Positions 37,966-51,041 of a stretch of 64,000 bases of DNA are shown in pieces. This DNA comes from Isurus oxyrinchus (taxonomy: Eukaryota): positions 31,372,001 to 31,436,000 of the forward strand of contig JANJGN010000022.1 in NCBI GenBank assembly GCA_026770705.1, given 5' to 3'. Numbering within the stretch: the first letter of the stretch is position 1; each line of letters opens with the position of its first letter. The notes below the pieces were generated by a model, which worked only from the letters and a program-made list of their open reading frames with translations, made no database searches and was not told where the DNA came from. The position numbers and the translations under genes were made by a program.

Positions 37966-38349
37966 TTGAAGCTGTGGGAAGGGTGAAGTGCTTCAAACAG
38001 TGAGTTACAAAACTAATGGCCACAGAATTGGGAGATGACAATGTGTGGAAAGACCATGCAAGAATAGGAAGGTTGGAGTTGAGAGACAGTTAGTGAGAAC
38101 TGAGTGAGTTAACTGTGAGTAATTTAAGCAATGATATTAGTTTGAGTAGGCATGGGCATTGCCTGAACTGAAACTAGAACATGTGGTTGGTGAATAGAGG
38201 CAATTATTTACAATGTTAATCAAAATGGGCCAGGAAGGAAATTTTGTATCAGGAAATTAGTGAGAATTGAGTTAAGGGAAGGAGTAGCAGCCAGGTCTCA
38301 GGTGGAATGAGCCTGAATAGGGCAGTGGGAAGACATGAAAACACAAAGT

Positions 38350-39180
38350 TGATGGTACAGAAAACGTATGGTCAGGCCAAAAAAGAGCTATCCAGCCTGA
38401 TCTAAATGCCCAGCTCTTTGTTTGTAGTTTGCAGCACATCAAGTGCATATCCAAGGATATTTTAAATGTGGTGTGCCTCAAGCAGCTTCTTAGGCAGTGA
38501 GTTCCAGGCCTCCACCACCACCTGGGTGAAATTGATTCTCTTTGACACCAGCCCCACCAATCCTTCTGCCGATTACCTTAAATCTATGCCCAGATTATTG
38601 ACTACCCTGCTAAGTGAAATAAGTCTTTCCTATCCACTCGATCAAGACACTACACAATTTTATACAGTTTGTGAAATCTCAACTCAACATAGCCTTCTCC
38701 AAAGAAAACAGCACCATCTTATCAAATCTTCTCATTGCTAAAGTTTTCTATTCATTGCAACATGAGAACACTTGGGCTCAGTGAGAACATCTCAGTTGGG
38801 TCAGGAGTAGGAACATAATAATTGATCTCATTGCCCCAGCACTACAGTGGTGAGAATTGGTCAGGATTGTTGCTAAAAATATACAGAGGTAGTTTTAAAC
38901 TAATGCCACTCAGCAGGATATTTGGCAAAATGTTCCAGCAGTGAGTAGGATGGTGTCAATGTGAGGCATGGATCTCCATTGAAATAGGAGCAATGTGAAG
39001 AGGCTGCCCATAGGATCATAGAACGATAAAATGTTTACAGCACAGAAGGAGGTCCTTCAACCCATTGAGTCTATGCCAGTTCACTACAACAACAACTTAG
39101 TCTCAACCCCTTTCCCCTTCCCCATAGCTCTGGAATTTTGTTTTCCAGATTATTCTATCCAGATTTTGATGAATGCAATA
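38350..39180 (-). mobile_element. Old CR1 3' fragments (~38350-38760 and ~39015-39180)
   Basis: Decayed CR1 tail sequence (tacagcacagaaggagg, ggcagtgagttccag). Confidence 0.55.
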
Positions 39181-39600
39181 TCATGTGGACAGGTTGGCAA
39201 CCAAGGTTAATCTTGGAGGGAGTGCAATCATGGACAAGTTGGAAAGAGAGAAGCAGATATTTCTGCCAAGAGCACTCCTGCTCCTCGTTGCTGCACAAAA
39301 ACTCATCCAAAGTTTATCTTTCTCAGGTCTTTCCAGCTGCACTGGCAATTAAGTGTGCACCCATATGCTTAACCAGTTCTGCCCTAAAATGGCAATCAAT
39401 ATCCTTAACCTGCCATTAGACCCAAATTTGAATATTAATGGAAGTCTATTGCCTGAGACAAAACGACACTTGGACTGCTGAGTTGTAGTCCCTTGCAGAA
39501 ACAGAAGCATCATAAATAGAAAAGAACACTGACTACTTACGATTAATGATGTTGTTACAGACTCGGTCACAGCAAGGTGAAATCACCAGTGTCAGACTTG

Positions 39601-40237
39601 GGGTAGAATCTTACCTATGTCGGGTGGGCTGGGCAGGAATGGGCAGGGATGGGCACAGAGCCGATTGCTACCCGTGTTCGGCTGCGTACTGCCATTTTAC
39701 ACAGGCGGGCCAATTAAAATCCACCCAGCATAATGCACGGCCGGTAGCCCTCAGTGCCATCTGTGCGGGTTGGGGGAGGAGGCAGAGTTGGGACCTGTGC
39801 TCTTCCGCACACATCGCAGCAATCTGCGAGGCATGGAGCTGCCTCAGGGAGCTTAAGTGGATAATGAAACGTTTCAATAAATGAACTAGAAAATTATTTA
39901 AACATGTCCCCTCATGTGACAGTGTCACATGATCTGGGACATGTTTGAGCATTTTTCAGAATTTATTTATTTGTTTTGTACAAGCTTCAGGAAACCTTAG
40001 CCCCTCCCTGGATCAGATTTCCTGAAAAACGCAAAGGCCGCTTGGGTTTTTCGCCTGCCTGCCAACTTTAAGATTGGACGGGCAGCGTTGTTAACATCAA
40101 TTACATTTTTAATGGCCTTAATAGGAATTTGACAGTTCTGAACAAAATATCGAAATGACACACGGTGATGTCAGGATGCACACCCGATGTCTTGGCGCGT
40201 CATTTTATGTGTCAGCCCTGATGGCAATATTCTGCCC
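39601..40237. mobile_element. Harbinger-type MITE with TTG TSD
   Basis: TIRs GGGTAGAATC / GGGCAGAATA; TTG on both sides (39598-39600, 40238-40240); internal palindrome acatgtccc...gggacatgt shared with the 23283 MITE. Confidence 0.8.
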
Positions 40238-40479
40238 TTGGTTATAGAAACTTGCCATGTTAAATACCCTGCTCACATTCACAGTCAAAGTGTGTCTTAG
40301 GACTAATCGGGCTTATTGAGACATTGTTGGAAATGGTTCGATGCCCAAGGAACAATAACACAGCAAGGATTCAGTTTCTTATCAAGAAGCAAGTGTAGAA
40401 TGTGTTAAAAGGAAAGCTATTAACAGCATACATTACTTAAAACGCATCTTGGGCTGGAGAACACCACGAGAACAGTGCC

Positions 40480-43445
40480 AGCATTTACTCAAGTAACTGC
40501 TTGACACAGTCATAATCATGGAATCATATCTTACAGATAATGTCCCATACACCACCATCACCATCCATGGGTGTGTCCTGTCCCATTGGCAGGACAGACC
40601 CAGCAGAGGTGATGGCACAGTAGTATACAGTCAGAAGGAAGTTGCCCTGGGAGTCCTCAACACTGCCTCCAGCCTCAATGAAGTCTCATGGCATCAGGTT
40701 AAACATGGGCAAGGAAATCTCTTGCTGATTAACATGTACTGCACCCCCTCAGCTGATGAATGAGTGCTCCTCCATGTTCACCACTTTGAAGAAGCAATGA
40801 GGGTGGCAAGGGCACAGAATATGTTCTGGGTGAGGAACTTCAATCACCAAGAGTGGCTCAGTAGCACCACCACAGACCAGGCAACCCAAGTCCCAAAGGA
40901 CATAGCTGCTAAACTGAGTCTGCGGCAGCTGGTGAGGGAACCAAGAGGGAGAAACATACTTGACCTCATCCTCACCAACCTGCTTGCCATTGGTGCATCT
41001 GTCCGTGACAGTATTGGTAGGAGTAACCATCACACAGTTCTTGTGGAGACAAAGTCCCATCTTCATAATGAGGATACCCTCCATCATGTTGGGTGGTGCT
41101 ACCACTGTATTAAATGGGATAGATTTCAAACAGATCCAGCAGCTCAAGACAACACAAGTTCATGAGGCGTTGCAGGCCATCAGCAGCAGCAGAATTGTAC
41201 ATGAACACAATCTGTAATCTCATGGTCCGACATATAAGACCATAAGATTGTAAGACGTAGGAGCAGAGGTAGGCCATTTGGACCATCTAATCTGCTCCAT
41301 TATTCAATGAGATCATGGATAATCCTCAACTCCACTTTCCTGCCTTTTTTCCATAACCCTTGATTCCCTTAGTGATTAAAAATCTGTATATCTCAACCAT
41401 GAATATACTTAACAACCCAGCCTCAACAGCCCTCTGCAGTAAAAAATTCCACAGATTCACTAGCCTCTGAGAGAAGAAATTCCCCCTCAGTTCTGTCTTA
41501 AAGTCTTAATATCCACTGCTCTGCCATTACTACCAAAGCATGGGATCAACCCTGCTTCAATGAAGAGTGAAGGAGGGCATGCCAGGAGCAGCACCAGGCA
41601 CACCTAAAAATGAGGTGTCAACCTGGTGAAGCTACAACACAGGACTATTTGCATGCCAAACAGCATAAGCAGCAAGTGATCGACAGAGCTAAGTGATTCC
41701 AAAACCAACGGATCAGATCTAAGCTCTGCAGTCTTGCCACATCCAGTTAAGAATGGTGGTGGGCAATTAAACACTCACTGGAGGAGTAGGCTCCACAAAC
41801 ATTTCCATCCTCAATGATGGAGTTTCCCAGCACAGCAATGCCAAAATAAGGCTGAAGCATTGCAATAATCTTCAGCCACAAGTGCTGAGTGGATGATCCA
41901 TGTCGGCCTCCTCCAGAGGTCCCCAGCACCACAGATGCCAGTCAATTCGATTTACTCCACATGGTAAATGGCTGAAGGCACTAGACACTGTAAAAGCTAT
42001 GAGCCCTAACAATGTTTTGGCAATATTAATCCAGATCCTACCATGCCCCTATGTTACATGCTCAAAAAGCAGAACAAATCCAACCCAGCCAATTACTGCC
42101 CCATCAGTCCATCTTTAATTATCAGTAAAGTGATGGAAGGGGTCATCAACAGTATTATCAAGCAGCACTTGCTCAGTAATAACCTGCTCACTGAGGTGCA
42201 GTTTGGGTTCTGCCAGGGTCACAGCCTCTGACTTCATTACAGCCTTGTTTCAAACATGGACAAAAGAGCTGAACTCCAGAGGGGAGGTGAGAGCGACTTG
42301 ACATCAAGGCAGCATTTGACCAAGTATGGCATCAAAGAGCCCTAGCAAAACTGGAATCAATTGGAATTAGGGATCAAAATCCATTGGTTGGAGTCATACC
42401 TAGCACAAGGGAAGATGGTTGGGGTGGTTGAAGATCAATCACCTCAACTTCAGGGCATCACTGCAGGAGTTCCTCAGGGTAATGTCCTAGGCCCAGCTGC
42501 TTCATCAATGACCTTCCTTCCATCATAAGGTCAGAAATGGGGAGGTTCACTGATGATTGCACAATGTTCAGCATCATTCGCAACTCCTCAGAAACTCAAG
42601 AAGTCCATGTTCAAATACAGCAAGACCTAGACAGTGTCCAGGCTTGGGCTGACAAGTGGCAAGTAACATTCGTGCCACACAAGTGTCAGACGATGACCAT
42701 CTCCAAAAAGACAGAATCTAACCATTACTCCTTGACATTCAATGGCATTACCATTGCTGAATCCCACACTATCAACATCCTAGGGGTTACCATTGACCAG
42801 AAACTGAACTGGACTGGCCAGATAAATACTGTGGCTACAAGAGCAGGTCAAAGACTCGGAATCCTGTAGCAAATAACTCACATCCTGACTCCCCAAAACC
42901 TGTCCACTGTCTACAAGACACAAGTCAGGAGTGTGATGGAATACTCCCCATTTGCCTGGATAGTGCAGCTCCAACAACATTTAAGAAGCTTGTCACCATC
43001 CAGGACAAAACAGCCCACTTGATTGGCACCCCTTCCACAAACATTCACTTCCTCCACCACCGATGAACTGTGGCAGCATTGTGTGCCATCTACAAGATGC
43101 ACTGCAGGAACTCACCAAGGCTTCTTCAATAGCACCTTCCAAACCCATGACCACTACCATCTAGCAGGACAAGGATAGCAGACAGATGGGAACATCACCA
43201 GCTGGAAGTGCCCCTCCAAACCACTCACCATCCTAACTTAGAAATATATTGCCATTCCTTCACTGTTGCTAGGTCAAAATCCTGGAACTCTCTCCCTAGC
43301 AGCTCTGTGGGTGTACCCCCAACACATAGGTTGCAGTAGTTTAAGAAGGCAGCTCACCACCACCTTCTCAAGGGCAATTAGGGATGGGCAATAAATGCTG
43401 GCCTAGCCAGTGATGCCCACATGTCATATCCCGTAAATGAATAAA
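40480..43445 (+). mobile_element. Decayed CR1/L2-group LINE (APE-RT), with nested minus-strand CR1 tail at ~41236-41505
   Basis: ESYL, RNFN, NILDLILTN, NYCPIS...SKVME, QFGF, FTDD, ILGVTIDQKLNW motifs. Confidence 0.85.
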
Positions 43446-43702
43446 ACAAATTATGTATGAAATTAGCCATCCAATTGTCTATACTAAAAAGATGAACTTC
43501 AGAACACTTGTTTTCCAAAAGCAAGATGCACATTGGCATGAACGAGAGCTCAGGTTATAAAACTCTTATATGACAAGATTGGGATAATTAACTTCCTCCC
43601 CAGGAGGATCTGGAAAGCACTGATGTTGGGTGTGCTATCTTACCCCGAAATTATATAAATGCTTCCATCTTATTGATCCCCAACACCAGACTGGCCTGTA
43701 AC

Positions 43703-43929
43703 TTGAGTACAGACATGTTTCCATCTCTTGCTATTCTGATGAAGTTACATTGTTTCATAGTTTGCCATTGTGAGATTTGAACTCTTGATACTCTTTCGAG
43801 CACAAACCCGTTTCCATCTGTTTCAGATGAAGTTACATTGTTTCATAGTTTGCCATTGTGAGATTTGAACTCTTGATCTTGGGGTTACAAGCCCAGTACC
43901 ATAACCACTTGGCTATCATACCAGAACCT
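43703..43929 (-). mobile_element. tRNA-Thr(UGU)-derived dimeric SINE, 16-bp TSD, absent from copy A
   Basis: TSD cagactggcctgtaac at 43687-43702 and 43930-43945; empty site at 456-471. Confidence 0.92.
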
Positions 43930-44609
43930 CAGACTGGCCTGTAACATATACAAGGAGGAGTGCGTTAAACAATTTTAAACAGCTGAGGACCATTATTTAA
44001 AACACAGCTTGGGCTGAAGAACACCACCATGAGAACAGTGCCAGCATCTAATAGTCTGCAATTGAGTCATTTTAGCTCCTTACTAGAGAGTTATGCGAAG
44101 ATTAAAATGAAAACTGGGCCCAGACTCCTCCATGATTTAAGTGGATCTTTAAATTATATCAGAGAACCTGTTATTTTGCAAAATTCTTTGTGATAAGCTT
44201 GGCTTGATATTATTGCACGGCATTTGCTGTAAGGCGACATAGATTTATTGAATGGAAAATAGTCTAGAATTTTAGCAAATAAACAAGCAGATGAAACAAG
44301 AAAGCCGCTTATTGACCTCGAAAAGGGAAATCATTTTTTACATACCTATTAATATAAAGTAATAATAGTTAAAAATATAAATGTTTTTCAAAAGCATATT
44401 TACAAGTTAGACAGAAAAATATGAATCACAGTATCAAAGTCAAATCAGATTTTACAATAATATCATACTTCACTTTTCAAATTACAATTGGGCTGAAGAC
44501 CTTCTTTCTCCTTTTACGGAACGCTGTAATATCAAAAACTGAACCATTTATTATCCGTCACAAGAGAAATAATATTCACTGCAATCACCATTAAACATCA
44601 GCTCCCTGG

Positions 44610-47600
44610 TCACTTGACATCTGTTAAAAGACAAAAAAAAGTTACAGAATCTATGACACATAGCTTTCAAACATGTCCTAATGTTTGAAATCACACCTAC
44701 CATCGGGATTTCAGATTCTTTTCTAACTGCTGAAATAAAAGAAAAGCAACAATTAATTAATTACTTCTGGCACATAATATTTAATTTGAATTAACATGCC
44801 CAACTGTGAAATTTGCAGTCTATTTTTTTATATAGTTCCAAAACTTCTAATCATTTGTTAGACAGACAGTAATCTGTGTACAACTATGTTAACAGTTATA
44901 AAAAAAACTCACATTTTCAAATAAGTTCTCCTACTCCCTTTATCTAACTATAAAAATGATTTTATAACTAAAGGGATCCAAAATAATTGCAATCACCCAT
45001 CCTATATATAATATTTTAGTCCTCTGACTTGACTAGGTGGGCACAGTATCGTAATGATTATATTACCAAATTTCAAATTCAAAAGTCTGGACTAGTAATT
45101 CAGAAGATGTGAGTCCAAATCGCACCATCACAATGTGAGAATTTGAATTTGGATTTTTTTTTTAAAAAAGGCTGGTATCAGGACAAGTCACCATGAACCT
45201 TCAGTAACTTTCAGAAGACTGTCCTATATACCCAACTTGTTCACTAGTGTCATTTCAGGAAGGGAGTCTGCAGTCCTGTATGCAACTCAAGTAGCACACC
45301 AATGTGTCTGAATTGACCTCTGAATTACCCTAGAAAAACACACAGTGGTATTAAACTGCAATGGAGAAGGCCCAACATCTTCTCATGGCTACTCAGGATG
45401 AGAAATAAATGCCAGCTTTGCCAGAGGTGCACATGACCAGAACGTGATTTTTTTTAAAGCATTTCCTTCCTTCTCTTCTCCCATTTGCCTTTCCCTGTAT
45501 CAAACACCATAACTCGGAAACCTGTGGTTTGCAATTTATTCCCACATCTCTTTCAATACTGCTTGATGCATATGCCTCAATAGAAGGGCACCAGAGCAGT
45601 TCACCCACCTGGGTTTTTCCTCCTTCTCCTTGTGGGATTACAGGAGGGGTGGAAGCATGGCTTGTATTTTGTACATTATCTATCCTCTCTTCACCCAACT
45701 AAACCTAAAGATTGTAACTAATTAGACAACATTCATAACTTTAGTGTCACTTGTCTCTGGAGCAAACTAGTCAGCAAACATGTTCCTGATCAGTGAGGTA
45801 AGAGTATTTGATTGCCAATGGTTCAGCCAAAATCTTATGTAAGTCACACAACTCTAGCAAGTGAATTAGAATGCCAGGCAGAATTTCAAACTGTGCAGAA
45901 TGTTGGGATTCTGTCACTTTTTATTTAGTTTTGGAACTTAGACGGTTGGCATATGATAAGGCTAAACTGAATTGCTTACCAGATTATGGGTATATTCAAA
46001 ATAAAGGCTAAGCGAAAGTATTTTGAAACATAAGATTAGGTCATGTAATAATCTTAAGTTTTGAAAGGAAAAAGAAGCATTTCCACATCCATCATACCTG
46101 GATGCCACCTTCTGCTGCACTGCAAAACTGCCAAGATTACAAATGCTATAAAACATACTGGAAAAATCACAAATATAGCTATGAGAATATTTTTCTTCCT
46201 TTCCTCTGCTCGTTGCTGATGAGTTTTATGGTGCTTATCCAAGACTGAAATAGAAAATTTAGAAAAAAACAATTTAATTAATTATTAGTTTCAGCATCAA
46301 CCTTTATATAGAGTCATAGAAGTATACAGCACAGAAAAAGGCCCTTTGGCCCATTGAATCTGCACCGGTTAAACAAGTACCTAACTATTCTAATCCCATT
46401 TTCCAGCACTAGGCCCATAGCCTTGTGTGCCATGGCACCGCAAGTGCACATCCAATTACTTCTTAAATATTATGAGGGTTTCTGCCTCTACCAACCTTTC
46501 AGGCAGTGAGTTCCAGATTCCCATCGCCCTCTGAGTGAAAAAATTCTTCCTTACATCCCCTCTAAACCTCCTGCCCCTTGCCTTAAATCTATGCTCCCTG
46601 GTTATTGATCCCTCCACCAAGTGGAAAAGCTCCTTCCTGCCTACCTGATCTGTGCCCCTCATAATTTTATACACCTCAATCATGTCCCCCCTCAATCTCC
46701 TCTACTCCAGGAAAAATAACGCCAGTATATCCAATCTCTCCTCATAACTAAAACTCTCCAATGCTGGCAACATCCTGGTAAATCTCCCCTGCATTCTCTT
46801 CTAGTGCAATCACATCCTTCCTATAATACAAATTCCAGAACTGCACGCAATACTCTAGCTATGGCCTAACTAGCATTTTATACAGTTCCAGCATAACCTC
46901 TCAGCTCTTATATGCATAATAATGAAACTTATTTCTAACCTTCAATGGCAATATTAATTAACAATGGCAAAATTGACATTCAAATAACATTGTGAGATAA
47001 AGTACTGCAATAATTTAAAAAGAATGTCTCCACAAGCTTTTCGGTATAAATAATCATGGATATTAAATAAGTCTTGCAATATTGTCCACATCCTCAGAAT
47101 TAAATATATTAATATGATATTAATTCTTCCAACAGCAATTTGTTAAGATCATTTGAAGAATAAACGCTATGAACTTACTTTGAAAATATTGCTGCGTCTC
47201 GTATACATTTTCTTCCATATTCCACACAGCACAAGAATAATTGCCTTTGGAAATATTTACTTCTTTGATTTGAAGCATGCTGGTAATCTTCAACAATCCT
47301 TGCAGGGTTTTTGCACTGCTAGTATTAGCCTCGGATGTGAGATTGCTTGCTCCGTCGATGAACCAGTGAATCTGAGCCAGTGGGTATCCAATCGTTTCAC
47401 AAATGAGATTTGTTGTTCCCATTGGTGTGGTTGTTGGGAATGCAGTCACATTTGGTAAACCGTATGGAGCTAAAAAGGATGATTGCATTATCATTATTGT
47501 AATAAGAAAGAACTGCAGAGTAATATAGAAGCAGTTTTTGTGCTTCCTCCTCACCAGTAAATGCAACAACAGTTTTTGGTAAATAATTATTCCCAAATTT

Positions 47601-48881
47601 ATGACAATAAGCTCATTAACTAGATTAGGGTGTGATAGAGGAAAACATTTGTTGATAGCAATTTGTGATTTTGACTTGATTTTGAGTACTTTCATTTGGA
47701 ACTCTTTAAGGGGCTTCAAATTCTGTTTCTTTATACATTTTTTGTCTAATTTAGCTAATGCATAAATTTTGCATGTTTTTTCTGGAGTATACCTGTGTCC
47801 TGCACTAATCTAGTGATAAATTTACACTGATGATGCTGTTTATTTAGTGTAGAAAGAGAGGAAGGAAAAACATAACGGTAAGTCCTAGACTGCCATAATT
47901 TACAGTTAGTCCAATATCCATGTTAACCAATGCATCTACAGTGTTTACACAATATTAAAAATGGAGAATAAGAAATTTCTTAGATTGCTATGCACAGAGT
48001 GACAAAAAAAATCAAAATATATAATCTAGTAATCCCTTTCCTGGGCACTGTTTAGCAACATTGCAAAATCATGGGAGGCTATCGCTTTTTTATGTTGCTG
48101 CAGATTGGTAATTAGTTTGACTCAGTTGAGACTATTTCCTCTTAGGAGTCAGAAGGTTGTGGCTACAACTCAAAGCAATCACCATCAGCGATATGTTTCA
48201 CAAGGTTCTGAGGATGTGAAAAGTACTATATAAATGCAGGATCATTTGTTCATTCCTCTCTAACATGACTCTCTTTATAATTTGTTGTTGCCTATCAACA
48301 CAAATCAAGCTTTTTAAGAATGAGAAGAAATTTGGAATTTGTTGCCGATTAGTGGCAACCAATATTTTACAAGGAAGGACATCAAAGAAATACTGTTACG
48401 CACCTTTAATCTTCAGAGTGATGGTTTCAGATGGGTGACCAGAATTTGATAGCAAATCATATTGATATGTTCCACCATCTGACAATTTTGTTTTCTGGAT
48501 TAGCAATGAGACATCCGTTGAATTTGGATGAAGTAATTTAATTCGACCCTGAACTCCACTGATATTTTTATTTGTGCTAAAGACAACTGTTGTATTTCCA
48601 TCTTTATTTATACTCAGTTCATATAATGAAAAATTTGTTTTATTTGTAGTGAAACTGCACGGCAATTCTGTGTCTTTATCAAATATTCCTGTCACTGAAC
48701 GGACACAATTAAAAGTCACGAAACCTGGAAAACAAAAATGTACTTTCACTCATATTACCTCAGTGACAATCGGTGTTTAATGAGGTACATATTGAGAAAT
48801 ACTACAGTACTTACTTTCTGCAAAGGTTGTTCTTGTGTATAAGATGACATAAAGGAAAGTCACTGTATGGTATGAGCCCAT
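44610..48881 (-). CDS. B7-family (CD276/PD-L1-like) IgV-IgC membrane protein (copy B); predicted join 48881-48815, 48724-48404, 47469-47179, 46244-46098, 44620-44610; 278 aa
   Basis: All introns are GT-AG, phase 1; 837-nt open frame; IgC APYGLP...LICETIGYPLAQIHW...GLLKITSMLQI...NYSCAVWN is typical of the B7 membrane-proximal domain. Confidence 0.85.
46098..46244 (-). CDS. Stalk plus transmembrane exon, copy B
   Basis: Acceptor ttttctatttcag, donor CAG|gtatga. Confidence 0.85.
47179..47469 (-). CDS. IgC exon, copy B only (291 nt)
   Basis: Acceptor cctttttag, donor A|gtaagt; both Cys and the Trp of the Ig core present; GYP motif. Confidence 0.92.
48404..48724 (-). CDS. IgV exon, copy B
   Basis: Acceptor ttttgttttccag, donor G|gtgcgt. 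Confidence 0.9.
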
Positions 48882-48899
48882 TTCCAGAATGCAGTTCAT
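48815..48899 (-). CDS. Leader-peptide exon, copy B
   Basis: MGSYHTVTFLYVILYTRTTFAE|gtaagt. Confidence 0.75.
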
Positions 48900-49679
48900 C
48901 TGCTTATTTAGGGAAAGTACAGAAACATCAATAAGCCTCAGGAATTTAATCAAACCTGATTTCACTTTTCTTGTGCATCACATTAGTTTTCTTTCAGGAA
49001 TTTTAAGGAGATATATAATGCTGCACCAAAAATTTCATTAGGGAAATTTGCATTGCCAAAATATTTTGAATGTTCATAAATATTTTGTGTTACTGAAAAA
49101 TGAACAAATGCATTTTGTACTGTGTTCCTACAATTCTCACAGCAAGAATCCTGGAATCTACGAACTGACAACAGTATACAAATGGACACTGCAATGGCTC
49201 CAATCTTGACAGGGGCGGGTTACATATGTTGAAGACAGAGTTTCGGGCGGCGATTGCAGATTTCCCACATGTTTTGTAGAATTTTGAATCAACAGCATCT
49301 TTTTGCAGGATCAGCTCCCCACCCCCCACTGTTTGACATGCTTGACACCCAGGCGGATGGGGCACATTCTGGAGCAGGCTGCAGCTGCTACTAGGAGCCA
49401 GGGGCTGTCCGATCCTGGACCTGGGATGGTCTGATCCTGGATGACAGCCCAGTCTGAATGGCCATCAATCACTGTGCAATTGTGCAATTCTGGCACAGAA
49501 TTTCCATGGAGATTTCCCCCAACTCCCAACATCACTCCAGTAGAAGATAACCGAAAAAGTCAGTTGAAGTTATTCCATCACAGAGTACATCACAACTGTT
49601 GGGGCAATTCTTGCGAAATCAGGGATTAAACTCCAGACCATCCTGATCTCTCTACTGCTCATTTACAGAATAAACCTAG

Positions 49680-50575
49680 TGAGCAACCAGGTCCCCCTTG
49701 TCCCCACTTCTCACCCCACCAGCCTCCACATTCAAAGGATCATCCTCCGCCATTTCTGCCAACTCCAGCATGATGCCACCACCAAACAAATCTTACCCTC
49801 ACCTCCCCTGTTGGCATTCTATAGGGATCATTCCCTCCAGGACACCCTGGCCTACTCCTCCATCACCCCAATGCCTCATCCCCTTCCCACAGCACCTTCC
49901 CAGGCAATCACAGAGGGTGCAACACCTGCCCCTTTACCTCCTCCTTCCTCACCATCAAAGGGCCCAAACATTCCGTTCAGGTGAAGCAGTGCTTCACTTG
50001 CACCTCCTTCAATTTGGTCTACTGCATTTCCTGCTCCCAATGCGGTCTCCTCTACATTGGAGAGACCAAACGCAGACTGGGTGACCACTTCGTGGAACAC
50101 CTTTGGTCTGTCTACAAGCATGACCCAGATCTTCCTGTCACTTGCCATTTCAACACACCATCCTGTTCTCATGCCCACATGTCTGTCCTTGGCTTGCTGC
50201 ATTGTGCTAGTGAAGCTCAACGCAAACTGGAGGAACAGTACCTCATCTTTCGATGAGGCACTTTGCAGCCTTCTGGACTTAACATTGAGTTCAACAACTT
50301 CAGATCATGAACTCTCTCTTCCATCCCCACCCCTTTTTTCTACATTCATTTTTATTTTTTATCCACTTATTTTTATTTATTTATCTGTGGTTTTATCCCC
50401 TTTTGATCCCATTTTCTATCATTTTTTCCCCATCACTGCCCCCTCCTCCAACTTATCTCTTACAGGGCCAACTATTATTTGTTCCTCTCCGCAGATGCTG
50501 TCAGACCTGCTGAGTTTTTCCAGTATTTTCTGTTTTTGTTTCAGATTTCCGGCATCCACATTATTTAGCTTTTAT
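49680..50575 (+). mobile_element. Penelope-like GIY-YIG 3' fragment (paralogue of 5165-6445, single pLTR end)
   Basis: ORF 49981-50256 LVYCISCSQCGLLYIGET...EH; lacks the ~370 bp between the two direct repeats seen in copy A. Confidence 0.88.
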
Positions 50576-50872
50576 CTTTGTTTAAATATTCTGATGCCTT
50601 TCGAGTTTATATTTGCCGTTAACAAGCTTTGAATGTTTGCAAGTAGTTATACTGGCTGCCTGAGTTTAAAATTTTAAACTGGAGACATTTACTGTCCAGG
50701 TGATAGTGCTGAGGGTTATCTTATTCAGACATTAGAAACAATCTGCAGGGTTACGGGGAAAAAGCAGGAGATTGGCATTCAGTAAAAATGCTCAAGAGAG
50801 CCGGTGCAGACACGATGGGCCTCCTTCTACCCGTAACAATCCTGTCATTCTGTGACTGCCTCTAAGAAATGA

Positions 50873-51041
50873 GTTGACGTTTCGAGTCCTCATGACCCTT
50901 CGACAGTTCTGTCGAAGGGTCATGAGGACTCGAAACGTCAACTCTTTTCTTCTGCGCCGATGCTGCCAGACCTGCTGAGTTTTTCCAGGTAATTCTGTTT
51001 TTGTTTTGGATTTCCAGCATCCGCAGTTTTCTTTGTTTTCA
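50873..51041 (+). mobile_element. Short Penelope pLTR insertion with perfect 5' fold-back, 12-bp TSD
   Basis: TSD tctaagaaatga at 50861-50872 and 51042-51053; empty site at ~6742-6753; arms 50871-50906 and 50909-50944. Confidence 0.9.

Noticed and set aside
43736-43765. Hammerhead in the SINE unit (ctgatga)
   Set aside because: No stem II or GAAA follows, and other units read cagatga.
44610-48881. Assigning CD274 or CD276 as gene symbol
   Set aside because: The IgC resembles both, the IgV is divergent, and there is no synteny in the window; a phylogeny is needed.
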